Positions 51,070-63,905 of a stretch of DNA of 64,000 bases are shown here, one piece after another (position 1 is the stretch's first letter; every line of letters begins with the position of its first letter). The stretch is from Felis catus (Eukaryota). A program made the translations under genes and the position numbers. The stretch lies in the NCBI RefSeq assembly GCF_018350175.1, contig NC_058373.1, positions 107,696,001-107,760,000 on the forward strand. Reading direction: 5' to 3'. The notes beneath the pieces were generated by a model. That model was not told the origin of the DNA, did not search any database, and worked only from the letters and a program-made list of their open reading frames with translations.

Positions 51070-52638
51070 GCAATTTTTATTTTATTGGCATCATTTTAAA
51101 ATTTAATTTTTTTCAGGAATAGAATTTAGTGATTCATCAATTACATATAACACCCAGTGCTCATCCCAACAGTGTCCTCCTTAATGCCCCTCACCCCTTT
51201 AGCCCTTCCCCGCCCCCCAACACCCTGCCAGCAACCCCCAGTTTATTCTCTGTATTTAAGAGTCTTTTATGGTTTGTCCCCCTCTCTGTTTTTATATTGT
51301 TTTTGCTTCTCTTCCCTTATATTAATCTGTTTTGTATCTTAAATTCCACATATGAGTGAAATCATATGATATTTGTCTTTCTCTGACTGACTTATTTCAC
51401 TTAGCATAATAGACCCTAGTTCCATCTACGTTGTTGCAAATGATAAGATTTCATTCTTTTTTTTTTTTTTGATGCCTGTAATGCCAGCTGCTGCCATTTT
51501 TTTTCTTTTTTTTTTATATATGAAATTTATTGACAAATTGGTTTCCATACAACACCCAGTGCTCATCCCAAAAGGTGCCCTCCTCAATACCCATCACCCA
51601 CCCTCTCCTCCCTCCCACCCCCCATCAACCCTCAGTTTGTTCTCAGTTTTTAACAGTCTCTTATGCTTTGGCTCTCTCCCACTCTAACCTCTTTTTTTTT
51701 TTTCCTTCCCCTCCCCCATGGGTTCCTGTTAAGTTTCTCAGGATCCACATAAGAGTGAAACCATATGGTATCTGTCTTTCTCTGTATGGCTTATTTCACT
51801 TAGCATCACACTCTCCAATTCCATCCACGTTGCTACAAAAGGCCATATTTCATTTTTTCTCATTGCCATGTAGTATTCCATTGTGTATATAAACCACCAT
51901 TTCTTTATCCATTCATCAGTTGATGGACATTTAGGCTCTTTCCATAATTTGGCTATTGTTGAGAGTGCTGCTATGAACATTGGGGTACAAGTGGCCCTAT
52001 GCATCAGTACTCCTGTATCCCTTGGATAAATTCCCAGCAGTGCTATTGCTGGGTCATAGGGTAGGTCTATTTTTAATTTTCTGAGGAACCTCCACACTGC
52101 TTTCCAGAGCGGCTGCACCAATTTGCATTCCCACCAACAGTGCAAGAGGGTTCCCGTTTCTCCGCATCCTCTCCAGCATCTATAGTCTCCTGATTTGTTC
52201 ATTTTGGCCACTCTGACTGGCGTGAGGTGATACCTGAGTGTGGTTTTGATTTGTATTTCCCTGATAAGGAGCGACGCTGAACATCTTTTCATGTGCCTGT
52301 TGGCCATCCGGATGTCTTCTTTAGAGAAGTGTCTATTCATGTTTTCTGCCCATTTCTTCACTGGGTTATTTGTTTTTCGGGTGTGGAGTTTGGTGAGCTC
52401 TTTATAGATTTTGGATACTAGCCCTTTGTCCGATATGTCATTTGCGAATATCTTTTCCCATTCCGTTGGTTGCCTTTTAGTTTTGTTGGTTGTTTCCTTT
52501 GCTGTGCAGAAGCTTTTTATCTTCATAAGGTCCCAGTAATTCACTTTTGCTTTTAATTCCCTTGCCTTTGGGGATGTGTCGAGTAAGAGATTGCTACAGC
52601 TGAGGAGATTTCATTCTTTTTGATTGCCGAATAATATT

Positions 52639-52688
<50 letters not shown>

Positions 52689-53884
52689 CACCACATCTTC
52701 TTTGTCCATTCATCAGTTGATGGACATTTGGGCTCTTTCCATACTTTGGCTATTGTTGCTAGCACTGCCATAAACATTGGGGTATATGTGCCCCTCTGAA
52801 TCAGCACTCCTGTATCCTTTGGATAGATACCTAGTAGTGCAATTGCTTGGTGGCAGGTAGGGTAGTTCTATTTTTAATTTTTTGAGGAACCTCCATACTG
52901 TTTTCAGAGTGGCTGCACCAGTTTGCATTCCCACCAACAGTGCAAAATTGTTCCTCTTTCTCCACATCCTCGCCAACATCTGTTGTTGCCCGAGTTGTTA
53001 ATTTCAGCCATTCTTCTAGGTGTGAGGTGGTATCTCATTGTGGTTTTGATGTGTATTTCCCTGATGATGAGTGATGTTGAGGTTTTTTTTTTTTTATGTG
53101 TCTATTATCAATCTGGATGTCTTCTTTTGAAAGGTGTCTATTCATGTCTTTTGCCCATTTCTTCACTGGGCTATTTGTTTTTTGGGTGTTGACTTTGATA
53201 AGTTCTTTACAGACTTTGGATACTAACCCTTTATCTGATATGTTATTTGCAAATATCTTCTCCTATTCTGTAGGTTTTCTTTTAGTTTTGCTAATTGTTT
53301 CCTTGCTGTGCAGAAGCTTTTTATCTTGATGAGGTCCCAGTTTTGCTTTTGTTTTCCTTGCCTCTGGAGATGTGTTGAGTAAGAAGTTATTGTGGCCCAG
53401 GTCAAAGAGGTTGTTGCCTGTTTTCTCCTCTAGGATTTTGATGGCTTCCTGTCTTATGTTTAGGACTTGCATCCATTTTTAGTTTATTTTTGTGTATGGT
53501 GTAAGAAATTGGTCCAGGTTCATTCTTCTGTATGCCGCTGTCCAGTTTTCCCAACACCATTTGGTGAAGAGACTGTCTTTATTCCATTGGATATTGTTTC
53601 CTGCTTTGTCAAAGATTAGTTGGCCATACATTTGTGGGTCCATTTCTGGGTTTTCTATTCTGTTCCATTGATCTATGTGTCTGTTCTTATGCCAGTACCA
53701 TACTGTCTTGATGATTACAACTTTGTAATACAGCTTGAAGTCCAGGATTGTGATGCCTCCAGCTTTGGTTTTCATTTTCAGGATTGCTTTGGCTGTTCAG
53801 GGTCTTTTCTGGTTCCATACAAATTTTAGGATTGTTTATTCTAGCTCTGTGAAAAATGCTGGTGTTATTTTGATAGGGATTGCA
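51070..53884 (-). mobile_element. Older carnivore L1, 5'-truncated, host of the nested young L1
   Basis: Frameshifted ORF2 pieces ([43 protein letters not shown]) at 52553-53890; L1 3' UTR at 51116-51445; TSD ctccattttttttt at 51056-51069 and 53885-53898; internal (TG)n(TA)n near 52642-52690. Confidence 0.9.
51462..52605 (-). mobile_element. Young 5'-truncated feline L1 (ORF2 C-terminus plus 3' UTR) nested inside an older L1
   Basis: Uninterrupted 268-aa ORF2 C-terminal frame (51738..52544) with the Cys-rich [18 protein letters not shown] motif; many CpGs retained; 16-bp TSD agatttcattcttttt at 51446-51461 and 52606-52621. Confidence 0.93.
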
Positions 53885-54559
53885 CTCCATTTTTTTTTTC
53901 TAAGTGCTAAGTGATCAGACAAAGTCTTGGTAGGTCCCAGTATCTGACTGGTTTGCAAACTTAAAGCAATCAGCCTCTGGTGGCAAGCTTTGAGAAGGTA
54001 GCATCCCAGGAAGCTGCCACTTGTCTGAATGTCAGAACATGTGCCAGGAAAATCTTACTGGGGAAATTATCACAGAAGCTGCCTATTAATACAGTGGATA
54101 GCCTAGGTCTTCTGAAGTAATGATATGTTTATATTGAGTTTACGTTTTACATGTACTTACGTGGCCATTTACAATTCTCAACGCTTATGGTGTGTCACTA
54201 ATCTCACTATACTTTGTTTGTTGATGCCTCATTGAGGTGGACAAATCAATCGATTGGCCTACCCAACCTTCACTCCCTTCTCAGAATCAGTGTACTCCCC
54301 ACTCCCAGAAATATGGGACTAGGACAGAGACACTAGACAGCCACTGCTTGAAGTTTTATATCTGTTATAAGTTTCATATCAATTTAGGGTCATAATTCCC
54401 ATTAAGATAATTTACATTAACTCTTTAAATCTAGTATGTTAGCCAACTCTCCCAGTTTACCTCATCCAAATATTTGATCAACATCCCCCTTCATCCACGT
54501 CACTAATCAAAATGTTGACTAGATTTGGCTAAATATTGATGTTGACTAGGTGGTATATT

Positions 54560-54890
54560 TGTTTGATGGAACATAAGATGGGCATTCAATGTGTTGTTGT
54601 AGATCTATTTATTGTCATAGAAAGATGTCCATGGTACATTGAAAATGGAAAAAAAATCATTTAATATTATGCATTTCTGATTCTGCTGTTGTCAAAATAT
54701 GTGTAGGTGTATATAAACGTAGAAAAGGGTCTGGAAAGAGATGTACCAAGAAAGTCAGTGTTTACCTCTGAGTGACCAGGATACTAGTCATTTTTCATTT
54801 TCTTTTTAACACTTGTATGTGTCTTCTGAAAAATAATTTAGTATAGATCCTTTTATAAATAGAGGAAACAACAAAAATTTTGTATGTTAA
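54560..54890 (+). mobile_element. Old L1ME-type 3' fragment
   Basis: gaaagatgtccatggtacattgaaaatggaaaaa...ggtctggaaagagatgtaccaag...tttacctctgagtg motifs. Confidence 0.6.
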
Positions 54891-55010
54891 AAAAATGCAA
54901 AAGAAGAAGAAAGATCAAAGAGAGCCCTATGGCATATCTCTAAAGACCCTTTTCCAGATCCAGTAAAGTGGTTCTCAGACTGCTCTGCTGATCAGAATTA
55001 TTGGAAGAGA

Positions 55011-55222
55011 TTTTTTTTTTAATGTTTAATTTTGAAAAAGAGTGAGAGAGACAGAGTGTGAGCGGGAGTGAGGCAGAGAGAGAGGGAAACACAGAATCCC
55101 AAGCAGGCTCCAGACTCTGAGTGTCAGCACAGAGCCCTACGCGGGGCTGGAAATCAAGAACCATGAGATCATGACCTGAGCGGAAGTCGGATACTTACCC
55201 GACTGAGCCACAGAGGCGCCCC
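55011..55222 (-). mobile_element. Can-SINE inserted into a MER5A-like relic (~54960-55290)
   Basis: Typical body; gagatttttt on both flanks; flanks carry gtggttctcagact...atcagaatta and ccagatgatactgctg of MER5A type. Confidence 0.9.
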
Positions 55223-55319
55223 TGGAGAGATTTTTTAAAACATCTCCCTTGAGAGAATTACCAGATGATACTGCTGTTGCCAGTCCTTGGGCCAGCCAGA
55301 GGACAGAGCCACTTAATTA

Positions 55320-55520
55320 GCTAAGAATACACCTAACTTCTCTGCCTCTTATTGGCTGTGGGACCTCAGTAAGTAACCTAAGCTTCATAAGATTTTTTTT
55401 TCTGAGCTTCAAAATGGGACATTAGCATTTATCTTAAAGGATGGTGGTGAGGCTTAAATGGAGTAAGGTGCACAAGATGCCTAATTCAGTGCCCAGAGTA
55501 CAGGGTAGCCTAGTAAATGA
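55320..55520 (+). mobile_element. MIR
   Basis: ggctgtgggacctcagtaagtaacctaagc...aaaatggga...gtggtgaggcttaaatg. Confidence 0.6.
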
Positions 55521-56399
55521 TATGTTAGTCTCCCTAGCATCTAGCCCATTGTTCTCATCCTTGTTCACAAGTCATTGCTTATCACACCTCTTACGTCTTC
55601 CCCTTTCCAACACATTTTAGGATCTTATCTGAGTCCAAGAAGAAAACAAAGAAAGTAATGGCTTAGTATTGATGTTGCTGCCAATTTGCAGAAATCACTA
55701 TTTCTAATAATCTCCATATAAAGTAATAAGCCCTTGATAAATAACTTATGTTTTAATCTATTTGTTTAAAATGCTTCCCCCAACCCCCCCCCCCCCAGTG
55801 ACTTTTGCATTACTGAAATCCCCCTTGCATTCTGGTAAGCCTGGAAGTTAATTCAAGAAATATTAGCAGTTGTGCATAAAGCAACATGTAACCTTCGTTG
55901 CGCAAAGAACTTAAAGACAGGTACAAAAAACTAAACAGCAAATTATCACTTTTGCACATCATGACGTTTTCGTGGAATTTTTGTCATATTAATGTCCTAC
56001 CTGATGAGGAGAGAGTGAAACAGCATACTTAAAAAAAAAAGAAAGAAAACCTTTTCAATTAGAGCAGGATATTTTAAAAGCAATTCTTAGGAGAGCTCCA
56101 ATTCCTATAGCATATAGTTCAAACTACCTCAGAAGGGCTGAGATCAAAGGGATCTAGCCTGGAAGAGGCCACTGAGCTGGGAAGGTGACTCATTTGGTCT
56201 GGGAACCCCACACCCAAGTTTCAGTCTTTGAGGCATTGTTCTTAGAGTAGCAAGTGTGGCTGTTCCTCAGGGGAGATTAACTGAGATGGTACACAGCCAC
56301 ATTCCTTGTCTTCTCCTATGTATGCCCCCAGGGTGGGCGGCTTGTGTGAGCAATGGAAAATTCCTTTGACCCAGAGCTGGGCTCTAGAAGGGTCATGCC

Positions 56400-56614
56400 G
56401 GGGTGCCTGGGTGGCGCAGTCGGTTAAGCGTCGGACTTCAGCCAGGTCACGATCTCGCGGTCTGGGAGTTCGAGCCCCACGTCAGGCTCTGGGCTGATGG
56501 CTCAGAGCCTGGAGCCTGTTTCCGATTCTGTGTCTCCCTCTCTCTCTGCCCCTCCCCCGTTCATGCTCTGTCTCTCTCTGTCCCAAAAATAAATAAACGT
56601 TGAAAAAAAAAATT
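56400..56614 (+). mobile_element. Young felid Can-SINE (SINEC_Fc-like)
   Basis: Near-identical to the 2844-3073 and 60560-60783 copies; perfect 15-bp TSD tagaagggtcatgcc at 56385-56399 and 56615-56629. Confidence 0.95.
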
Positions 56615-57140
56615 TAGAAGGGTCATGCCATGTGCTATATCTTTCCAAAGATGGCTTTCTTTAGAGTCCAGGATTCCTTCAGTGGTCCATAATGTCCCAG
56701 TCTTGAGGGGACTCCTGGAAGAGTGCTTGGAATCATTATTTTCCATGCAGAATACTGGTCATGCTTTGTAAAAGTCAAGATAAAGTCCTTCTATTAGTTC
56801 CCCTGATTTTACCTCTTTTTTTCTTAAAAATAGAATCATCCTACCTGAACATGTTATTTCTTGAACATATTGTTTCAAATGATTTTAACAAATGTAAATA
56901 TAATTTATGGTTACAGGTGTGTCATGAATTGTTTAAATTTAAAATATCATCTATAGTTATCTAGGCAATATGATCATTTGTAATTCACATGACAATGATT
57001 AGCAAAAAGATAAAATTGTTGTGTGCAAGGTCAGTTGACTAAACAATTTTGGAACTTGAAATTTGTTTTGGTTGTACTTGTATCATCATTATTATTTTAA
57101 TGCTGATCCTTTTTCTTCCTGTCTTTTGATTTACAGTCTG

Positions 57141-57159
57141 TGGCCATTAGATGGCACTG
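57141..57159 (+). promoter_or_regulatory. Candidate CTCF site
   Basis: TGGCCATTAGATGGCACTG matches the CCANYAGRTGGCAC form of the CTCF motif. Confidence 0.45.
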
Positions 57160-57639
57160 TGCATTTCAAACATGAAGCCTGTGCAATTCTAATGCTGGGC
57201 GGTGCCAAAGAAAGTCATATGCATTAGTTAAGATTGCCACCTTTTTGTTTCAGTGATGGTAGAAACATTTCATTTTTTTCACATAAAATTTTTCAGTATT
57301 ATAGTTTATTAAGCAGACATCTAGAACATAATCCCTCAGCCCCATATGAAACTTTCCTTGCATAAAGAAAATGTTCCTTCCCATGAACCAGAAGAGTAAT
57401 GCCTCTCAGACTTAGATTTTGGTGTGGGGTTCCTGAGTCACATGAGATAATACAACTCCTTGGTCTCCCCTCAGAGCAGCTGCTTGCTGCTGACTTTCTA
57501 ATAATGTTGATGAACTTTAATTAGTGTGGCCATATTCTCATTTGGAAGTCTTTATCAACGGAAGTATTTACTTACTAATAGGATGCAAATTCATTTACAA
57601 ATATTTGAAATGCTAAACTCAACTCTGGAAAGGAATAAA

Positions 57640-58817
57640 ATTAATTGGCTTTCTTAGAATTGATAGATCAACCCCAGAACTGGCTTTATTACTCTCTTTG
57701 TTAACCAGCTAAGGGAAGACGACAGTACAGAAGTTTTATCCCAGACTTTGTCTCCTGCATACTCTGCTTCCCTAGCAGAATTCTTGTTCCCCTCCCCTCC
57801 AACCTTCCCACACCTGCACACCCCAGTCCCTCCAGACCTCTGTCCTGGCCTTCTGTGCTCTCCTCCCTGAGCTCTCCTCACAGCCTCACCTATGCCCAGG
57901 ACTCCAGGTACCTTTTTGATGGTGATGTTTCCCAGTCTGTATCTTCAGCCCCTGTGTCAACTTCTTCCACTCAGATGTCTTCAGGCACATTTAAACATTT
58001 TAAACAACTTTTAAAACCTTTTAAAAACCCATCTGAAATGGAACTCACCACGCCCAACTCCACACCAGTATTTTCTCTATGAGGAATGGACACCTGCATC
58101 TACAGTTACCCCATGCAGAGATCTGAGTCAGGCTTAACCCTTTCTTGCTACCATCCCCCATATCCAATCTATTTCCATGCCTGCCAGTCCTTAACATTCA
58201 GTCTGCGACTATCTTGGTCACGGTTGGATCATCTCTCATTTGGATAATGATCAGTTAACTTTCCCCTGGTCTTGGTCCCTCTTGACCCATTTTTTTACAT
58301 GATAGCCAGAGTGATCCTTGTGCAATGTGGATACCACCATGTCTGGTGGGTTTCTGCTTGAAACCCCTTTTATCTCTCTCAAGACAGATCCAAACTCCTT
58401 AATATGAATATAAGCCCCTGGGACCTTCCTCCTTTCTGGCTTTATCTCTTCTGCCTCAAAACTGTACTCTGTCCTTAGACATACCTTTCTCCAGTCTCCA
58501 GTCTCTGCACAGAGTCCTCTCTGTTTGCAATTCTTTTCTCTCCACCCCTATCACCTGGATATTCCTACTGGAATACGTTTAGATGTCACTGCCTCTGGGA
58601 AGGGACCCCTCCCCACTGCTTCTCCAAATAGGATGGGCTGTCCTGCTTCCCATAGCCATTATCACACTGTGTGCTAACTGTTTGTTAGTCTGTCTACCCC
58701 TCAGACGGTAGTAAACAAATGTATCTTACTCGCTATTATATCTCCGCCATCCAACACAATACTATACTGTAAAGTGTAGTAGGTGCTCAATAAATGTCCT
58801 TTGAATAAATGAATGAA
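57640..58817 (+). mobile_element. L2 with 3' end
   Basis: Pyrimidine-rich body ending gtaggtgctcaataaatgtcctttgaataaatgaatgaa, the L2 terminus. Confidence 0.75.
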
Positions 58818-59309
58818 GACCTGGTCACTTCTGCTCATCATTTGTGCCCCAGATCAGTTGTTTTCCCAGCTCTGATAGTGTATATAAAAGGAACAGGTTT
58901 TCTTGCTTCCGAAGATCATGCAGCACATCAAGACAGAATAAAGTTCTCACCTGATTTGGGGGTTTAATCCTAGTTTTGTTTTTATGGCTATTGCCTTCGA
59001 CTTTAGTTTTTTAAAGATTTAGTTTACTTAGAACCCTGAGGTTTAAAGACATCCAACATAAACTTGGTGAAAATTATCCATGCGATGAGTAACCATGAAA
59101 ATAACTCACTAATTATGATTACTTAAACATGTTAATTAATCATACAATTAACAAGATGGGTGTTAAGCCCCAGAATGTCTGATGGAGGTTGTAACTTTCA
59201 GATGTGTGTAAGGAATGTGTGTGTCCTGACTCCTGTTTCCTTCCCTTAACCATTCTGTGTACTCACTTCCTCAGAGGAAGAGAGGGGTTTATTCATTACA
59301 TAGTAACAC

Positions 59310-59540
59310 AAAATACTTCTAGAGCACATATTGTGTGTCAGACACTGCTGTATCCATTTTGCATGTGTTAACTCATTTCATCCTCAAAATAACAAACATC
59401 AAGTGTTATCATTCCTAGTTCAGAAATGTAAACACTGAGGCACAGAAAGGGCTAGTAACTTGTTCAGGGATGAACAGAGGAGCCAGGATTTGGACACAGA
59501 CAATTTGGCTCTAGATCTTGACCAGTTATCCACTATATCA
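59310..59540 (-). mobile_element. MIR
   Basis: aactcatttcatcctca...actgaggcacagaaagggctagtaacttgttcaggg...gagccaggattt. Confidence 0.75.
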
Positions 59541-60559
59541 TAGAGAAAACTTGACAGGGAAATGCATTTCTTAATTCTTTTAATGGACAATACTAGCAGC
59601 CATTTAATAAAACGTAAGCGTGCGGACCTGTTTTAATATGTAGATACCTGTGACTGAAAGGGCAGTGCCATTGCCAAAACCTTCCTCCTCCTCTGCCTCA
59701 GGCCACAGTATTCCTGCCCCAAAATCTTGCAGGAAGCCTTGCAACCTTTTGCCTTTCAGGTTTTCAATCCTATTTTTCTCTCTCATCTCCTGACACCTTT
59801 TCTGGAGGCAAGCAAAGCCTTGCTCAGGTCTCCACAAACTGAGAGCCTTCATTCTTGCTTTTCTTGACCATACATCTCTATCTGCTATTTTCCTTCCAGC
59901 CTACTGATGCTAATTTAGAGAACTGCTAAGCTTCACAAGATCTCTTGCTAAACATTATTTATTGTGTATAGTGGCATACCACACATCTTTTACCTGAGTT
60001 CATGTTTGAGTTTACCTAAGACTTCATATTGACCTAAAATCAAACTAGAGCCCTGCAATCACAACACAACTATAGATGTTGACAAAGTGCATTGTTATCT
60101 GACATAAACAAGTATGATCATGTATATTTATGCACTACTAGAAAGACCATTTTAAAATCAATGTTTCAAAGAATCAATAACATTTTTTATAAAGTTTGGA
60201 TACTACCCAACCTTTGGGAAAGTGATTTAGAAAGACCTCCGTCCTGTATGTTAAGTTTTTCTTCCTCTTATAATGCTGTGAGGCAGATGTACACTGTGGG
60301 GGCAAGGAAGCAGAGAAGGAGAGCTTATGTCCTCTTTGTAGTTCCAGAAAGACTACATTGAAGAAGGGTCACAAGCTGCATCTGGAAGGTTGTATTAGCA
60401 TAGTTATTATCATCATCGCAGAAAGAAATATGCTAGGGTTTGACCTTGAGAGGTAAGAAACATTTTTCAAATAAGGTTACAGGATAATTTTGGCATTATG
60501 CTGTCTAACACCTCTCATGGAAATTTTTGCTTCAATTCTATTTAAAATTTAAAATTTAA

Positions 60560-60783
60560 GGGGCGCCTGGGTGGCGCAGTCGGTTAAGCGTCTGACTTCG
60601 GCTCAGGTCACGATCTCACGGTCCATGAGTTCGAGCCCCGCGTCGGGCTCTGGGCTGATGGCTCAGAGCCTGGAGCCTGTTTCCGATTCTGTGTCTCCCT
60701 CTCTCTCTGCCCCTCCCCCGTTCATGCTCTGTCTCTCTCTGTCCCAAAAATAAATAAACGTTGAAAAAAATAAAAATAAAAAA
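60560..60783 (+). mobile_element. Young felid Can-SINE (SINEC_Fc-like)
   Basis: ggggcgcctgggtggcgcagtcggttaagcg head; TSD taaaatttaaaatttaa at 60543-60559 and 60784-60800. Confidence 0.95.
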
Positions 60784-61472
60784 TAAAATTTAAAATTTAA
60801 AACTTCAGAATGTTTCACGTATATACGTCCATGTCATAGTTTTGGGGATGCCACTTATTTATTTTTAATTGAGGTAAACTGTACACACAGTGAAATGTAT
60901 ACATGTTAAAGGTACAATTTTTATGAGTGATACATCCAATGTACAATGATACATCCTTGTAACCAGCACGGAAAGTTTATATGGACTTTTCTGTTGTTCT
61001 AGAAAGTTCCATCAGGCCTCTTCCATCCTCCACAGACAATCACTAATCTGGTTTTTACCACAACAGGGGTTTGACTGTTCTGTTTCTTTATCAGAAATAG
61101 GGCTATTCAGATCTTCTACTGTGTTAATTTCTTCTAGTGTCAGTTTTTATGCATTGTGTTTTTTCAAGAAATTTGTCTAGTTCATTTAAGCTGTTGAACT
61201 TATTGGCATAATGTTTTGCATAGTATTCTCTTATTTTCCTATTAATATCTATACGATCTGTAGTGAGGTTCCCTTTTTATTCCTATATTGGTAATTTGTG
61301 TGCATTTTTTTCTTTAGTGGTCTTGTTAGAGGATTAGAAATTTTATTACTTTTTCAAAAAACCAACTTTTGGCTTTATTAATTTTTCTCCATTTTTCTGT
61401 TTTCTATTTTGTTGGTTTGTAGTTCCAGAAAGCTCTTAAGTATTTCTTTTCTGCAACTTATTTTGGGTTTAA

Positions 61473-61689
61473 AATTTTTTTTAATGTTTATTCATTTTTG
61501 AGACACAGAGACAGAGTACGAGTGGGGGAAGGGCAGAAAAAGAGAGAGAGAGAGAGACAGAATCCAAAACAGGCTCCAGGCTCTGAGCTGTCAGCACAGA
61601 GCCCAATGTGGGGCTCCAACTCATGAACTGTGAGATCATGTCCTGAGTTGAAGTCAGACATTTAACTGACTGAGCCACCCAGGTACCCC
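61473..61689 (-). mobile_element. Can-SINE inside old L1
   Basis: Typical body; TSD ttattttgggtttaa at 61458-61472 and 61693-61707. Confidence 0.92.
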
Positions 61690-61900
61690 TATTTATTTTG
61701 GGTTTAATTTGCTCTTTCTCTACAGCTTTATAAAATACTTTCTCCAATAAAAATATAAATATTTAAAATTTTTTCTAAATACCACTTTAGCTGTATCCCA
61801 CAACTTTTGACATTTTTGTTTTTATTATAATTCAGATTAAAGTATTTTCTAAATTCCCTGTGATTTTTCTTTGACTCATAAATTATTTATAATTATGTTG

Positions 61901-62379
61901 TGTGGACCTGTCTATAAGTGTGTTTCTGGAAGAAATTAGTACTTGGATTGGTGAACTGAGTAAAGCAGATACCCTCACACACACCCACACCCTTCCCTGC
62001 CTGTAATGTGAGTTGGTATCATCCAATCTCTTGACAGCCTGAATAGAACAAAAAAGCAGAGGAAGGTTGAATACACTGTCTGCCTGACCACTTGAGCTGG
62101 GGTATCAATCTCTTCTGCCCTCCTGGTTCTTAGGCCTTCAAATTTGGACTCTCTGGGTTTCAGGGCTTTGAAGGACACCACTGGCTTTCTAGGTCTCTAG
62201 CTTGCAGACAGCAGATTGTGGGACTTATCAGCCTCTGTAATCACATGAACCAATACCTCATGCTAAATTATCTATCTATCTATCTATCTATCTATATCTA
62301 TCTATCATCTATCATCTATCATCTATCTATCTATCATCTATCCTAGTGGTTCAGTTTCTTTGGAGAATTTGACTAATAA
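61901..62379 (+). mobile_element. MLT2-like (ERVL) solo LTR containing (TATC)n at ~62269-62342
   Basis: tgtttctggaagaaattag...gaactgagtaaagcagat...gcctgaatagaacaaaaaagcagaggaagg...gtttctttggagaatttgactaata resembles MLT2 consensus as recalled. Confidence 0.75.
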
Positions 62380-63129
62380 AATAACTATTCCATATACATT
62401 TGAAACCAATGTGTATTCTGCAGATGCTGGGTGAGATATTCGATAAATGTCAGATCAAGCTGGTTGGTAATATTTGAATCATTGTTTTGTTTAGTTCTTC
62501 TATCAGTTACAGAGAGGGGAGTTAAGATCTTCAACTATGATGATGGATTTATGCATTTGTCCTATTCTCATTGTTGCTTCTCGTACTTGAAACTTTTTAG
62601 TTACACAGACATTTAGAATTTTAAATCTTCATTATGAAATGATGATTTATAATTAAGAAATGTTACTCTTGACTTCAATTACCCTTGAATTCTCCTCCAC
62701 TTGAAGTTTACTTTGCATGATGATATCAACACCAACTTTCTTAGGTATGCTTGGTCTATCTTTTCCTCTTCCTTTTACTTGCAACTTATTTGGGTCTTTA
62801 ACATCTCGTGCAGATAACATATAGTTAAATCTTGCTTTTTGCTCATCTTTGCAATCTCTTCCTTTTCATTGAATAGTTCAGTTCACTTTTACTAAATATA
62901 ATCATTGATATGGTTAGATTTAAGTTTGTTTTTTACTTGTCCTGGGTTTTTTTTTTTTTTTTTTTTGCTTATTTTCTCCTTTTTCTGTCTTTGTTTTGGT
63001 TAAGAAAATATTTTTAGAACTCAATTTAATTCTACTGTTCATTTTAAGTTATACATCTGTGCAGATTTGTTGTTATTGTTGTTTGAATTCTCTAACTAAA
63101 CTTTTTTCAGTTATGGAAGTATTCCATAT

Positions 63130-63290
63130 ATGCTTTTCCAATATGGGAGCCCTAGCTACATGTGATTATTAAGGCCTTGAAATGTGGCTAATATAACTGA
63201 GGAACCGGATTTTATGTTAAGTTTAATTTTAATTAATTTGAGTTTAAATTTAGTCACTTTTGGTCAGAGGATACTATATTGGACAGCACA
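63130..63290. mobile_element. MER3-like hAT-Charlie MITE
   Basis: tccaatatg...tagctacatgtg...aaatgtggcta...tactatattggacagca quasi-palindromic structure. Confidence 0.7.
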
Positions 63291-63690
63291 TCCTTATCAG
63301 TCTACTTAGATTTATACTGTACAATTTCATGTACGCTATAAGAACCTTAGAACAGTATAATTTTATTAACTCTCCATCCTTTTTGTTATTGTTGCCATAT
63401 ATTTTATTTGTACATGAGTTAAAAGCCCCACAATATATTTGTCTTTAAATAGTCTTGTCTTTTAATTACAAGAAGGAAAAAAAAAGATAGTTTTTCATAC
63501 TTCCATATCTATTTGCCATTTCTGGTGCTCTTTTTCCTGTAATAGTGTATATTCTGGTGCTTCCTTCCTGTAGTTTAGGTTTCCCCTTGTATCATTTCCC
63601 ATCATCCTAAAAACTCTTCTATTAGAATTTTTTTAGTTTTCAGTGAAATTACTGCATTAATTTATCTGAAAATGTCTTTTTTGTTTTCAT

Positions 63691-63905
63691 TAAAAAATGT
63701 TTATATATTTTGAGAGAGAGAGGGAGAATGTGTATCCACATGAGTAGGGGAGGGGCAGAGAGAGAGGGAGAGGGAGAATCCCAAGCAGGCTCCACACCAT
63801 CAGTGCAGAGCCCAATGTGGGGCTCAATCTCATGAACCATGAGATCATGCCCTGAGCCAAAATCAAGAGTCGGAAGCTTAACTGACTTAACCACCCAGAT
63901 GCCCC
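63691..63905 (-). mobile_element. Can-SINE inside old L1
   Basis: tgagagagagagggagaatg...ccacccagatgcccc body. Confidence 0.9.

Noticed and set aside
51738..52544. 268-aa ORF as a host gene
   Set aside because: It is the L1 ORF2 C-terminus of a 5'-truncated insertion with no promoter, endonuclease or RT domain.
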